A DNA stretch of 62,893 bases, the filler included, from Choristocarpus tenellus KU-1152 (lineage: Eukaryota; Protista; Phaeophyceae): the NCBI GenBank assembly GCA_964200185.2. It is 11 parts of 11 records of this genome, joined end to end, with 100 filler letters (N's around TTAATTAATTAA, not from the genome) between each part and the next. Parts side by side here need not be neighbours in the genome. Positions count along the whole stretch, not along the records: positions 1 to 3,683 come from CAXNAD020018537.1; positions 3,784 to 8,579 come from CAXNAD020013029.1; positions 8,680 to 11,907 come from CAXNAD020021399.1; positions 12,008 to 20,847 come from CAXNAD020004270.1; 7 more parts are not named here. One strand, 5' to 3'. Shown piece by piece: positions 1-18,585 of the stretch. Every line of letters begins with the position of its first letter. Position 1 is the first letter of the stretch. The position numbers and the translations under genes were made by a program. Below the pieces are notes generated by a model, which was not told the origin of the DNA, did no database searches, and worked only from the letters and a program-made list of their open reading frames with translations.

Positions 1-35
<35 letters not shown>

Positions 36-164
36 GGGGGGGGGGCGTCCGTTTCGGTCAAACAACACTTTTTTTTGCTGACATTTCAAATCCGATGCGT
101 GCGACCAAATCACACCAAAAAGGTGAAAAACGGACGCCGACACCCCCCCCAGATACTTTGACCC
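1..164. mobile_element. Truncated MITE end at contig start
   Basis: CCCCCAGATACTTTGACCC terminus. Confidence 0.7.
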
Positions 165-649
165 ATAGGGGAGGGGATGAGGACAGAGATGCACTCATCT
201 GGATCCTCCATAAGGCCCCTCCCACACAGATATTTTTTTCAAATTCATTTTTGGAGTTGTAGATTGGTTTGGCATTGCACTTGAGATTGAAGTTTGCAGG
301 GGGTGCTACTCAATTGATTTTTGAGATATCTTTTTGTGTTCTGCCCATTCGTTGTGATCGAAGTGTACAGGGAAGGACTCTCCCTAGCCAACTTAGGTTG
401 GATACATCTCATTCTCTCTTTTGGGGGGGGGAACTGTGCCTCCCTTGCCATCTCTCCGCATGCATTTAGAGTAGAATGCCTGTTGCCTTGCAACTTCGTT
501 GTATTACTGCATGGTTAGGTCTTCGCAGCAAGTAGAAATCAATGCAAATAGTTGACCTCCTGCCTTTCAGTAGGACAAAACACTGCCATGGTGTAAGAGA
601 TGCTTGTTCTCATCAATGGTGAAGGTATAGAACTCTGGAATTTAACTTC

Positions 650-1010
650 ATGTGGACGCCCCAAAGCTTATTGAGTCGTGTGGATTGAAATGGAGCATGG
701 ATAGTGATTCTGTTGTTAAAAGGCGATTTTTTTAATATCCAGGACCCTGTTCCCTTCTAGCACGATTTCAAACACTTAAGAATCCTGGAACAGTGATAGT
801 CTGGTGCATTGGTGGTGCCTTGTGGCATCAAGTAGAGGAAACTTGACCAGTTTGGGATTGCAATTGATGTTTGGAGCACCAGACACTAGCCAGCAGAAGT
901 GGTATGATTTGGTGGTCAATGGTACAACAAGCTTCATGGCAAAGTGGCATTCTATGGAAACTGTGACAACTCGGTTCACCCTAGCCACAAACAATATCTG
1001 GATATGCTGA
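650..1010 (+). mobile_element. Possible decayed RTE-like LINE 3' end
   Basis: KWYDLVVNGTTSFMAKWH resembles the terminal W...V..G...FM..WH motif. Confidence 0.4.
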
Positions 1011-3624
1011 ATACTGTTTTCATTGCAGTCTCTTTTTGGGATGATTTCCCTTGGTCCACATAATCCTTACTAGACTGTCTTCACATTTGATACACCCTTT
1101 CAGTATCAATAAGAAAGATTGCACCACCCCCCTCTTTTCAAATACTGCTAACAGGTACAGCAAATCACAAAAAACGCACACAGGTTGCACGACGCCATAG
1201 AACCAACATATTGCCCGCACCATCACAGTTGTGTATGGATGCAAAAACAAATGACCAAGAGATGCAAGCACAGAACGAAATATCCAAACTTCCTCACCTT
1301 CCACTTTCTGTGCACAAACATGCACTTATCACAGAGTGAGAAAAGTTACATGAGCACAGTATGACCCCTACCATTGGCCATAAAATTTCAGCAGGTCGTG
1401 TGCACACGCACAATGTGGTGCCAGATTGGGCTCATTTCAACAAACCCCTCACCAGCGACAAATCACACTGTACATCAGAAAATTCTAATGGCATTCATGG
1501 CATCCCCATCTCCGACATTGCTGATTCTTGCACGCTCACCCTCTATTTCGACATTAAATCTCAAGGCTGAATCCACAACAATTACATGTTGCACTAAACG
1601 ATCTATTGTGTTCCGCATTTCCCGCCTGTAGAGGTGCCTGAGGTCATGCTTGTGGCATGCAACTGTGTCCAAAATGGAGTCCATAATAAACTCCTTTGGC
1701 ACCCCCACCCCCACTTGCACCAACAGTGACACTTTCAACAGCTTGTGAAACAAGAGGCAACTATGACAAGATTACACCTCTGGCGGGGCAAGGGTATGGA
1801 GTGTATCTGACAATCCTAGACGTCCTCAGAGTCGGAAAGGGGTTACATACATGTAGTAGATGGACTGGCAATGCTCCAACACCAGAAATAGTGAGCTGCT
1901 CACTCTGCACAAAAAAAAGCATCTTATCACGTGTGAGAGCGATGAAGCTGAGAAATCATAAACGGATTTAATGCCTCCTTCAAAAAAATGCTTTAATGCT
2001 CAAATGCCCATCCACCAACAATAATGCCAAGGGTTGATATACCACTGAAACACCTGGGCATTAAGTTGAGTACCATTGAAGCCTCGCATCCAAATTACTC
2101 CCAATAAGAACCTCCATGTCCTTCCAAAGTTACAAGTAATCATTTCGTCTCTTTATGTAGATAGGCAGGCATATACAGATTTGCAAAAACCTACCTCTCT
2201 CACACGCATGCACACCCATACACTGATGCTGCTATGCCTCCTATGCAACATAAATATTCTTACTCATATTACTACTCAAACATATTCATACTGCCAAAGT
2301 ACGTAGTACATAATCTGCATATTCCCTGCTTTGTAGGTATATTGTTCTAGGTAGCGCACAACATGGACTGGAGCAGGTGTAATGTAAGACGACAAGAACA
2401 TGATGACGGTCGTACAAGATGAGTTCTGGGAGGATTTTGCCTTGGTGCAGCTAGGCAGAGCATAACGCAAATGGTAGCGCACATACAGGTTAGGTGTAGT
2501 GGTGTGATGAGCTCATCTCAATTTTTCCTACCTACCCTTACTAGTTCCTACCGTGAAACCATTCTGCTAAATCGTGGACTGCATCCACCGAGCGATTGAC
2601 TTATGATATTCAAGAGGGAGGGAGGGAGGAAGGCTGAAGAGATCTAATTTTTTGGTGCAGTATGGAAATATCCGACCACTTGAGTGGAGGCACGATACAA
2701 GAGAAAGAACGCGATTTTGACCATCCAATAATACTTGAGACAGGAATGGACAACCACATCTTATTGTCTCAACTTAACATAGTCGCCACAGTATAACAGA
2801 ATCGCAACAATAAACCAACCCCCCAAAAATTATGAAAAATATATTGATTTCCATTTTGTTCCAACATAGATATCTATATGCTACCTACCAGCTATGCTAC
2901 ACCGCTTCCTTCCTGTACCTCCAACCTAGCATAGTCCTGCACCAGGGTGAGGAGCTAGGGAAGCATCCCAAGAATCTATCATTGTGGAAAGCAGGTTTGT
3001 TTGTTATCATAACATTATTGATGTATGCAATATACCGTCATACCCATTGGTTTTCCTTCTCAGGAACCCCCTATTCCAGTGGAGGATCTTTTGATTAATT
3101 TGGGTATGAATATTTCAAGAGACCAAGCCCACAAGTACTGGGCATCTCTTCAACCAGAAATGGCACACATCAAAGATTTCCTATGTTCTATCATGTCTTG
3201 ACTTGTCAGATGATTCCCCTCTCATAATAAGTTTCTCATCACTCCACAATTTTCTGCAAGCCCTTGCAGTCTTGAACTTATCACCTTTAACCTTGTCCTC
3301 CCGGTTGTGGACGGTTTGCCTTGGTCTGTCTGGTCCGTCTTGTCCGGTGATTCTCTTCACCGCCCTTACCTAAGTGAACTACGCCGGAATTATACGATTC
3401 ACAGTGTATGTAATATATATATTTATTACTCAATAGTAGTAGAAAATTGAAGTTTAGGATACAATATTCAACAACAGTGGTAAAATATAAAATAGGAGGC
3501 ATGGGGCATGACATGACCGCCCTGAGTGTAAAGAGAAATTGCTTGACCGGCCATAGATAAAATATTCGAACATGGTCGAGTCCATGGCCATCGCTTGCTC
3601 AACATGACCGGGGCCACTGGCCGA

Positions 3625-3683
3625 GGCTCAAAGTATCTGGGAGAGGGTGGCGGCTGTCCATTTGGGGTCAATTTTTTCATGTC
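3625..3683. mobile_element. Truncated MITE (short subfamily) at contig end
   Basis: GGCTCAAAGTATCTGGGAGAGGGTGGCGGCTGTCCATTTGGGGTC, the reverse complement of the 12235 end. Confidence 0.85.
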
Positions 3684-3783
3684 NNNNNNNNNNNNNNNNN
3701 NNNNNNNNNNNNNNNNNNNNNNNNNNNTTAATTAATTAANNNNNNNNNNNNNNNNNNNNNNNNNNNNNNNNNNNNNNNNNNNN
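3684..3783. other. Artificial contig-joining spacer (also 8580-8679, 11908-12007, 20848-20947, 26437-26536, 31971-32070, 34689-34788, 43984-44083, 47741-47840, 57570-57669)
   Basis: N44 + TTAATTAATTAA (stops in all six frames) + N44. Confidence 0.98.
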
Positions 3784-4095
3784 AACCCAAACACAAAAAA
3801 AAAAAAAAAAAAAAATCCAAATAATAAACACACGCCTCTGTATTTTTTCGAACACCTAGTTCACAAACGCCTTTTTTAGTCGAATGGTCGCAAGTAAAAT
3901 CTCAAAAAAAAAAATCAAACAAAAAAGCACACCGCCTCCGCATGGCACTGCAAACCTTCTCAACAAACGCCTCTTCCAAGCACGTCTTGAGGTCACTGGG
4001 GACAACATCCAGCGTGTCTGTCTTCTTTGATCGGCCACTCTCCTTGCTCCAGGCTTCGATCGCTGTTTTCGTTCAAAAGTTGAGAAGTTCAAAAA

Positions 4096-4346
4096 GTATT
4101 CAAATATTTTGTTCATAAAAAAAAAATCTACAGGTATTCAAATATTTTGTTCATAAAAAAAAATCTACAGGTATTCAAATATTCTGTTCATAAAAAAAAA
4201 ATCTACAGGTATTCAAATATTTTGTTCATAAAAAAAAAATCTACAGGTATTCAATATTCTGTTCATAAAAAAAAATCTACAGGTATTCAAATATTTTGTT
4301 CATAAAAAAATCTACAAGCATTCAAATATTTTATTCATAAAAAAAA
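4096..4346. repeat. Tandem repeat, ~37-39-bp unit, ~6.5 copies
   Basis: GTATTCAAATATTTTGTTCAT-A(n)-TCTACAG units abut with no spacers. Confidence 0.9.
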
Positions 4347-5579
4347 TAACAGATTTTATTTTCAAACATTGAATAACCTCCACCCTCCACCCCCCAATAA
4401 CTCAGATGTATCTATCACACACAATGTACCAGAATTAATCTATATAACAAAGAGAATAAAAAACAAAATTGTTAACAATATGCTAAAAACAAAAAAACTA
4501 ATAATCCTCATACAATAAAAATCATTACAAAACAATACTTGAAAAAAGCATATCATTATTTTCTAAAGAGCTATTTCCTGGGCGGACCACTTACATACAA
4601 TGGCTATATCCAGAAATTTTCCTATTTCTCCCAAATAAAATTATAAAAAATGTCGCTGGACCGAGAAGACAGACATGCACAACTATTACCAACAATGAAA
4701 ACTGTGAAAAATAATAAAACTCCCCCCCCCCAAAAAATAAATAAATATATATATACACACATAATACGTGTACATATACCATCAAAGGTTTAGTATTCCT
4801 ATATATTCTCGTGGATACAGCACACTGCCAACTAACCCTAACCCTAACCCTGTTAAATCAAAACCACAAATAAACAATATATTTTCTACTGTTACACACC
4901 ATTACAAATAAAATTAAACTTAATAAAAAATAAAACAATGAGCGCGTGCCATAAATAAGGACATCGAAATATCAATAAGGAACAACACACTTCTCACCCC
5001 TTCAAAAAAAACCCCATATATTCTCAGGAAGAGAATCAAAAAAATAAAAAATAGTGAACGCACAACACACACGCCCACGAGAAGCTTAGCATCAAGTCAG
5101 CGACAGATCACACCAGGGACTCAAAAAAGCAGTAATCCAATCTCTTCCCCACCTTCCCCACCCTCCCCCCCCAACACCCACCTGTCCAAAAGATGCACCC
5201 CAGCCGCCCTAACCCTTGCTCTCTATCATACCTTCTCCTCTAATACATAAATACACACATATATATAATACATACACAATAGACACATATACATACATAC
5301 ATACATACACCACAACCAATCTCTCTCCACTGTACTATCTATCTTACCACCATGCAGCACATCCATCAACCCTCCTCTACAACCCTACGAACTCACCACA
5401 GTTCGACCAGCAGGCATAATACAAAACCCTACTTGAATACCTGTATCCAATAGAGTCACCAAACCATTACACACTCACACGGACAGAAAATATGCCAGAA
5501 CAAATATGTCCCCCCCCCCCCGTAAAAAAAAAGAGAAGAAACAAACAACAAAAAACAAGTCTTTCGAATATTTTCTCAC

Positions 5580-6580
5580 CTAGACACAGCTCTCGAATAG
5601 CCTTCTGTCCAAACTCTACCGCCTCCATCATTTTCTCCTCTGTCAGGAACAGACTTTCCCCTTCAATCATCAAAACGCCTTCTCTGCATTGAAAAAAACA
5701 AAAACATGTTGTGCTGAGTACATGCACACATCTATATATCTATATATATACGTATGTACTCTTATTGGTTTATTGATGGGAGACATGTTCAGCATATACA
5801 CAACACTCTTCTTCAAAGAATTACTTACATTACTAGTATTAACAGTATTTACTTATATTACTAATATTAACAGTAAATACTTACATCACTAGTATAACAG
5901 CAATTACTTACATTACTAGTAGTAACAGTAATTGCTTGTATTACTAGTATTAATGGCAATTACTTATATTATTAATATTAACAGTAAATACTTACATTAT
6001 TAGTAGTGACAGTAATTGCTTACTTCATACTCATTTTTCTTATTATGTATACATTTTATTTTTTATGTCAACCTGCAATATGCACCTGATACCTAACCCA
6101 ATCATATCGCTTGGGACATCAATACCTTATCACCAACAATACTTGGACAGACTAGAAAAACACTCCCTCTCCTTCCTATATATGTTTAATACTTCAGTTT
6201 CAAACAAATGTTATACCCCTTGACACTCAACTCAAGATGCAATCCCCACACTCACCACACACCCAGGGGTCTTGCTGCTGGCGTTACCCAGTGGACACTT
6301 CTACACACAGTACACTGAAGGACTCACTACTAATACAACCATTGCTACAACAATAAACTAACAAATGTCCATTTTTTTATAATAATTATAATAATAATAC
6401 AGACGCCGATACCCTCAGCAGCAGCAGCAACTGTACAACAATTACACCATTTTTTCTTAATTTATTCATTCATCTTACATACTCCACAATAAAATAAAAG
6501 TAAACACCAGCTTTTTCCGGGAAACTTCCACATTCCACAAAAAAAAAATCTATTGTATCAAAGATTTCAAAGAAAGTAGC

Positions 6581-6616
<36 letters not shown>

Positions 6617-6792
6617 TCGTCCCGCTCACAATTTTAACTTCTCCACAGAATTTAACCTCACTTTCTTGACAGATTTGAAATACAAAAACAAAATACTCAC
6701 GCTGTTCCTGCAATTGTGAGGTTCAGTGTCGACTGTGCTGTGACTTCAATATCAGGGTTGATCACAAGTTCCCCTTTCTCATCCATTCCCAC
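5580..6792 (-). CDS. PNP: Polyribonucleotide nucleotidyltransferase (PNPase), two internal exons 6792-6701 and 5683-5580; resembles the plastid-type enzyme
   Basis: VGMDEKGELVINPDIEVTAQSTLNLTIAGTA|EGVLMIEGESLFLTEEKMMEAVEFGQKAIRELCL matches the end of RNase PH domain 1 (VG...VINP...LDLxxAGT..AVLMxEG...L.EE.ML.AV.FG); phase-compatible GT-AG junction. Confidence 0.85.
5820..6025. repeat. Degenerate AT-rich ~29-bp tandem repeat in the PNPase intron
   Basis: TTACTTACATTACTAGTATTAACAGTA-like units. Confidence 0.8.
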
Positions 6793-7874
6793 CTGACAGC
6801 ACGATCAACACACACACAACGCAACACACAAAAACATTACACAAAACATGTAACACACATAGCACAGATAACATACACAACACACACACACACACAAACA
6901 TTACATGTGACACATTACACACATAGCACACAAAGCACACACACAACACACACACACACACAAAGTGAAAGGATTAGTTCAAACATGGTATGGCCACGTG
7001 CAGTGGTGGCATTGCATCATCAACGCCTTCCCCCCCCTTAGGACAAAAAAAGAAAAGTCTCTTCAAAAGCATCCTCCCAAGCACTCCCAATCTGCAACTA
7101 CAAAAACCCTATACCATCAATGCCATGCAGAAATCACCCAATCTCACCAACACAAAGGGGCAAATCATCTCAGGATAACCCTATAACCCTAACCCTAACC
7201 CTAAGAAGGTGGGTGTCTATCGGCTATTTAAACCAATCCTTGTTTTGTTGAAGAGGTTTTGTTAAAGAGGTTTGGCATTTTTCTGTCCTCTCTCTCTCTC
7301 TCTCTCTGTCAGCAATATATCAAATAGAGATATCAGTGTTAAAAAACATTTAACTTCTATATAATACAAAATGTGTTAAAAAAACATTCAACTTCTATAC
7401 AATACAATACGTGATGAAAAAAAACATGGTACTAAAAAAAAATGACAACAGAGGGCCTGGCCTGCCCGACTCTTTCTCCACTCATGTATCCTACAGATAT
7501 ACAGTCGGATGTTCTTGACCTCGGCATTGAACATACATACATATTGGTGTATTTGGTGTCTGTGTGATACGTACCATATACCATATACCATATACTATAT
7601 ACCATATACCACATACCATACTCCACATACACACACACACACACACAGGGGTTTCCACATATATCGAAAGGCATTCCTAGAAGGCCTAAAATAAAAAAAT
7701 ATCTGTTCGCCGTTCAAGGCGACAACTGAGACATGTCATCATAGTGATCCTACCCTCTACCTCAACAACCCTAACCCTAACACCTCAACATAACCAACAA
7801 AGAAAGCGCACACATTCAGCTCTCTCCTTAAACCACACCACTACTCTTTTGCTTTAGCTTCCAGAGCAACCAAA

Positions 7875-8115
7875 AGTTCCCCTGACCGACAGTTCCCCCA
7901 ACTGACAGTCGCCCTTACCGACAGTTCCCCTAACTGACAGTTCCCCCAACTGACAGTCGCTCTGACTGACAATTCCCCTGGCAGTCTCCCTGAAAGGCAG
8001 TTCCCCCAACTGACAGCCTCCCTGACCGACAGTTCCCTTGACTGAAAGTTCCCCTAACTCACAGTTGCCATAAATGACGGTTCCCCTGACCGACAGTTCC
8101 CCTAACCGACAGTTA
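7875..8115. repeat. GC-rich minisatellite, ~16-17-bp units
   Basis: Alternating CTGACCGACAGTTCCC / CAACTGACAGT variants. Confidence 0.85.
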
Positions 8116-8679
8116 CACAGGGACCTACATTTTGAAGGAATTGAACAGACACACAACTGTAGACAGGCAGCAAGAGATACCTCAATTTGTTCTCACCTGT
8201 CGAAAAAAAGGTGCACAAACCTTGTCGAAAAAAGGTACACCTTTCGAGTAGTAACACCCGAGAAAAAATCAGGACTGAAATTTACAACAAAAAATACAGT
8301 TAATACTATACAACAACAACCAACCAACCAACCAACGCCATACAAGAGACAACACAACCCAATCCCACATCCCCTAACACTATCTACAAATCACCGCATC
8401 CTCTCTGCAACAAAAACAATAATAATAATAATTATTATTATTATTATTATGTAGCCTTCACGATGAATTATTTCAAACAATAATTATTTCTGGAAGATCT
8501 AAAAACCAAATCTTGATATATTTATCTCCAAATCTTCGATACAACCTAATTTATCCCCCCCACCCCCCACTCCCCCCACNNNNNNNNNNNNNNNNNNNNN
8601 NNNNNNNNNNNNNNNNNNNNNNNTTAATTAATTAANNNNNNNNNNNNNNNNNNNNNNNNNNNNNNNNNNNNNNNNNNNN

Positions 8680-10281
8680 GAAGAGATATACCCCCCAGAT
8701 GTCAGGGAGCTGTCTGCGTCCACAGACCACTCCTGCACCCCAGAGGATATACTTCGAATGGAGGTCACCCTTGTCATGCGCCTTCAGTGGCGCCTGACCC
8801 CCCCGACATCTTGTGAGGTCATTGCCCTGCTCCTAGAGAGAATGCAAATCATTCCTGGCTCACCCAAACCCCAACGGGCCTGCCCTTGTCCTGCCATGTT
8901 CAATAGTTCAAAGCAAGAGGTAGTAGCAATTGACTGCTGTTTATCCGTCAGTTCTTCCCCTTGCAGATCCCTTCCATGTGGTGTGCAGACAATACCTTCC
9001 TCACAAGACAGGACGCTCTCTACCAATGGAACCAACAACGGAAGGTTAGCCACTACAATTAGGTCTGACAGTGGAACATGTGTTGAGGAACATGAGGAGG
9101 GTCACGTAAAAGATTGGCCAACCTCTACCTTGGTTTCAGCCATTCAGGACGTAATGATAGGAGAAAATACAGCAGCAAAGGCACAAGCCTTGCTCTCTGA
9201 TCCATCAGCTAGCCTGCTCCTACTAGGTCATGCCCTTGAGGTCGCAAGCTACGTTGCACTGGACATTGGATCCCTGGGGTTCTCTCCCACTTCGACAGCA
9301 GCAGCAGCCCTGGCCATTGCATCCCCAGTTTGTGCAGAACTAGCTCAGAGGGCCGCTGGGCTGAGCTCTGTAGAGATGGATGCTTGTATGTCGTTTCTGA
9401 TGGATACTCTACAGGTTGGGGGGTTGGTCATTGAGGGTGATGGCGGGCTGAAGGGACACCCCTACAGAGAGGAGGTGGAGCAAACAGTACCAGCCTGGGA
9501 CTGGAGGGGAATGGCGATACGAAACTCTCAAGGTCTAGAGTACCTCAAGAAAGTCCGGGGTTGGAAAAACTGTCAGGGGCGGGAGGGGATTAAGTGGGAG
9601 GAAGGAATTGCACAGAACTGGAGGGGTGTAGCTAAGGATGACGATGGATTTGGGATGAAAAGGGAAAGTGGGTATGGAGAAAGCACGAGTGTTCCCGATC
9701 CAGGAGATCTGGACATCTGGGATAGCAAAGTCAAGGGGGGTGGCAACAGGTGCAAAGAGGCTGCACAACATTGTTACCTGTACGGAGGTGAAGTTGGGGT
9801 GGGGGATGAGCCATTTAGGCAACAGGATGACTGGGGTGGGCACGTTGAGGACAGCAACGAGCTACTCCAAGAGCCAGATGAGGTGAGCTCTTTACAAAGG
9901 AGAGATGGTGCCAAAGTTGAGAACTTCGGCCTGGTGAATCTTGAAGCTACCACTGGCAATGATGCACTGGAATCGTTTCCAGAGCGACTTCGCACATGCC
10001 TCCCTGGATTTGTGGTGGATGAAGTCAACCAGGGGAACTATAAGGGGAGAAGGAGAAGAGAAAGGGGGCAGTTGGAGGGCAAAGCACCAGACTTTGGTGA
10101 CCCCATGTCCTCATGCACTGAGAGTGATGAGGTCGATGAGAATGAACCCCCACAGGAAGTCACTGCTACCTCCTCTCTTCAGTCCAGGGCTATAGAAAGA
10201 GGTTGTCCATCTGGAGGTTACTTGAAAGTGGAAATAGAGGGCGCTTCTTCCTCTACCAATCGTTTCTCAACTCCTAATTGA
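8680..10281 (+). CDS. Cyclin, 5'-truncated, one long terminal exon
   Basis: Frame is open from the contig start: EEIYPPDVRELSASTDHSCTPEDILRMEVTLVMRLQWRLTPPT is the end of the cyclin box; ALEVASYVALDIGSLGFSPTSTAAAAL resembles the cyclin C-terminal fold. Confidence 0.85.
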   Translation, partial: EEIYPPDVRELSASTDHSCTPEDILRMEVTLVMRLQWRLTPPTSCEVIALLLERMQIIPGSPKPQRACPCPAMFNSSKQEVVAIDCCLSVSSSPCRSLPCGVQTIPSSQDRTLSTNGTNNGRLATTIRSDSGTCVEEHEEGHVKDWPTSTLVSAIQDVMIGENTAAKAQALLSDPSASLLLLGHALEVASYVALDIGSLGFSPTSTAAAALAIASPVCAELAQRAAGLSSVEMDACMSFLMDTLQVGGLVIEGDGGLKGHPYREEVEQTVPAWDWRGMAIRNSQGLEYLKKVRGWKNCQGREGIKWEEGIAQNWRGVAKDDDGFGMKRESGYGESTSVPDPGDLDIWDSKVKGGGNRCKEAAQHCYLYGGEVGVGDEPFRQQDDWGGHVEDSNELLQEPDEVSSLQRRDGAKVENFGLVNLEATTGNDALESFPERLRTCLPGFVVDEVNQGNYKGRRRRERGQLEGKAPDFGDPMSSCTESDEVDENEPPQEVTATSSLQSRAIERGCPSGGYLKVEIEGASSSTNRFSTPN

Positions 10282-12007
10282 TCACAGCTTGCTAGATATG
10301 GTTATCATTTTGGGGTCTGAACCTGTACCTCTTGTTGTCTGAGGTGGGGGTTGAAATGCATTGCTTATTCATTGATTTTCCTATTTTCAAGGTTGACCCT
10401 GTTGATTATGTGGAAAACGAAACCCAGGTAGTTACGTCATGAGGACCTGACTACTTGTAAATTGGATCGGTGTGCGTGCTATTCTTGGTGTGATAGTGGT
10501 GCTATAGTGGGTGTCCTCAGACAAGCTGTTTTCAGGAAACTGGCATGGCAATTATACCAGAAAAACGTAGTGTCATGTTTCAATTGTTAAATATTGGAAA
10601 AAAATCCCTGTCAAAGCATAAAGTGCTGCAATCTCAAACAATACATTTCGCACGTTTCTTGACAATACAATGGGTGTCGTCGTAGCACTGCATAGTGATA
10701 TTCCTCAAAACTCAAATGGATGAACCTTCCTCTGTTGACCCCCCCAGTCTCACCCGGAGCAGTCCTTAACTCTTACAGGCTACAAGCTAAGCTCATGAAG
10801 AGACCAACTGTTCTCCAACTGAGTTGGTCTAACTACACAGTAACCTTCAAGCTTCGGTATGAACTGAATGGAAGAACATGCATGAAGAAGGTGATTGCTC
10901 ATTATCCACATTTGACAAGGAGATATTGTGGGGATCTCCTGCTCTCTTTTGGTTACCCCTGCGTAGACAGGTGTATGATGCTTGAAAGAGTGCACAACAT
11001 AGGTTGTACTCAGTCATTGTTCTTTGAACTTCTCTGAAAATATACAACCATTGCCCTCTTGACAAACCAATCAAGAGGAACAATAGCCATTGTTGGAAAA
11101 AGGATAGAGTGTCTTAGCTGGTATCAGTGGTGGTCTATCCTCATAACCTACTGGATGCAGCTTCTCTCTGTACTTCTCACTATCAAAAGAATACAATTCT
11201 TTCATTGCTAAAAAAATATCTGTACCCAATTCTGGTGGCAATACCCAACAACTGCTTTAACCTTGCATACATGTTCTATCATATTAATCATAAGCTTGTT
11301 TCTCTATTAGCACTTTATTGGTTCAAGTATACAGGGTGCTATGTGAAACATAGCTTGTATCCCACTGCAATGTTTGCAGGGGGAGCCACAACAGAGCAAT
11401 ATCATGTACAATACTCTGGAGTAGTTGATACTTCAAGAACAGTCATGGAATGATACCAACACCAACAGAATAGGTCTCCAGCAGCAGTGGTCACTCTCTC
11501 CCTGCACTACAGAGTGGCACCCCTACCATTCCAATAAACACTTACAAATCTTCTAAAAACATGCCATATGTATTCCATCCCCCAGGAATTGATCCATTTT
11601 GAGGCAGTTACTCTCAGACTTCCGTGTACAACGACAAAAAACTCAAACTGATTTCCAATTGACTGGATGAGTTGTTAAAACACGAAGTGACAAGCAGTGA
11701 ATACAATCCAAGGCCTTGCCAGTTGCAATCGCAGCACATGAACATATGAGTACATAGTTGGTGCACCATTGCCTTCTGTTCCAAACGAAAGATCTTAATA
11801 AAACTTATCCAAGTGAAGAACCTCAATGGTCTCTCCTCCCTATCCACCTCTTCTTTTGATTGGAACAGAATCTCCACTGGCAACCCCCCCCCCCCCCCCC
11901 CCCCCCCNNNNNNNNNNNNNNNNNNNNNNNNNNNNNNNNNNNNNNNNNNNNTTAATTAATTAANNNNNNNNNNNNNNNNNNNNNNNNNNNNNNNNNNNNN
12001 NNNNNNN

Positions 12008-12620
12008 ATTACAAATACCTCCTACGTTGCGCCGGATTTCAAAAACTGACACACAAATCAGAACCAAAGTATCTGGGGGGAGGGGGGCTCTACACCAGGG
12101 TATCCATTTGGGTCAAAATCAGGAAAAGTGAATTTATATTATCCATCCGACATTTGCAACCAAATAACCCAAAAACCATGACTAAAAAATTGACCCCAAA
12201 TGGACAGCCGCCACCCTCCCCAGATACTTTGAGCCATCACACGCTGTTGTCCTACAAAGATGCCCTTATGAAGCCTGGTTGTGACAGTAATGAGACGACT
12301 CAAGGTTCTTAATCCCAGGCATGGGGAATAAGTTGACACAAATTTGGGTAGCTGGCAAATGGATGAACAGCGGAAGAAGCAGGGTTTTTAGTAGAGGTAA
12401 TGGTGGACATACCCCCAGAGTAAACCTTGAGAAGTTTGGGATTACAGTTGAGGGATGGAGTACAAGGGAAACAAACACAACAGGTGATATGAGCGTGTGG
12501 TTGATAGGAAAAAGCTATACAAGGTGATAGGTGGCATGTCAAAGAAGGTGTGATAGTAGACGATGTATGTTATACTAAAGGAGCAGCTAAGGTAGTTCAA
12601 GCAGATCAGGGCACATCATG
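12008..12620 (+). mobile_element. Decayed RTE-like LINE 3' end, interrupted by the 12061-12235 MITE
   Basis: Frameshifted remnants YLLRCAGFQK / TLLSYKDALMKPGCDSNETT / MGNKLTQIWVAG / NLEKFGITVEGWST resemble the post-RT region of RTE elements as recalled. Confidence 0.6.
12061..12235. mobile_element. 175-bp MITE, short subfamily, TSD ATCA
   Basis: GAACCAAAGTATCTGGGG...CCCCAGATACTTTGAGCC with ATCA on both flanks. Confidence 0.9.
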
Positions 12621-13266
12621 CACGCACAACATTGGTCGTTCCTTGTTGCCTTTTCCTTTAAAATGAGATTGTCTTATTCTTATGCCTTGATGATTCTTGT
12701 CTTTGCTCTTCTTTTTTATGTGCAATACTGGAAGCAAGACTACAGTTGTTGATTAAGCAGCATTTTCGAGGTAACAATCAACATGCTTACCTCCTCTTGT
12801 CCTTGTGAGCATTTAATTAGTGATTTTAAAACACAAGGCTCGCAACATATCCAACAACCGTTCACCATAGGACCAGCAAAAATCCACATCATCCCGACCA
12901 GTCTGAGTTTTCAGCTTGCATAAACAGGTAGTACTTGTGAGAATCAAGCCTACCCACATTGAAAAGGCTCATTCAGTGCAGGAAATGTCAAGCACAAGGA
13001 ATCAATTGTTTCTCATTTTTATTAACCTGCTTTGTTATAATATTGGGTAAGACAGCATAGCACCTTCCAGAATAAATCCGAAGCATACACCAGCCATAAT
13101 AACCAATAGGGAAAGGTTGAAACATTCAAGACCCAGAATGCCCCCTGCCTCACTTGCCTTCAAACTTACACCAAGACATACCACCCTCAATACAAGGACA
13201 CACGTAAAGATTGAAGTAAGAGGTTGAGACAAGGGGCACCACACGCGCCAAAACAATGCTCAAGAC

Positions 13267-18585
<5,319 letters not shown>

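Noticed and set aside
1-46. Poly-G/poly-C runs at contig ends as G-quadruplex elements
   Set aside because: They coincide with assembly breaks and MITE G-tracts; lengths are unreliable.
4096-4346. CRISPR-like ~38-bp repeats
   Set aside because: Units abut with no unique spacers, no cas genes, eukaryotic context.
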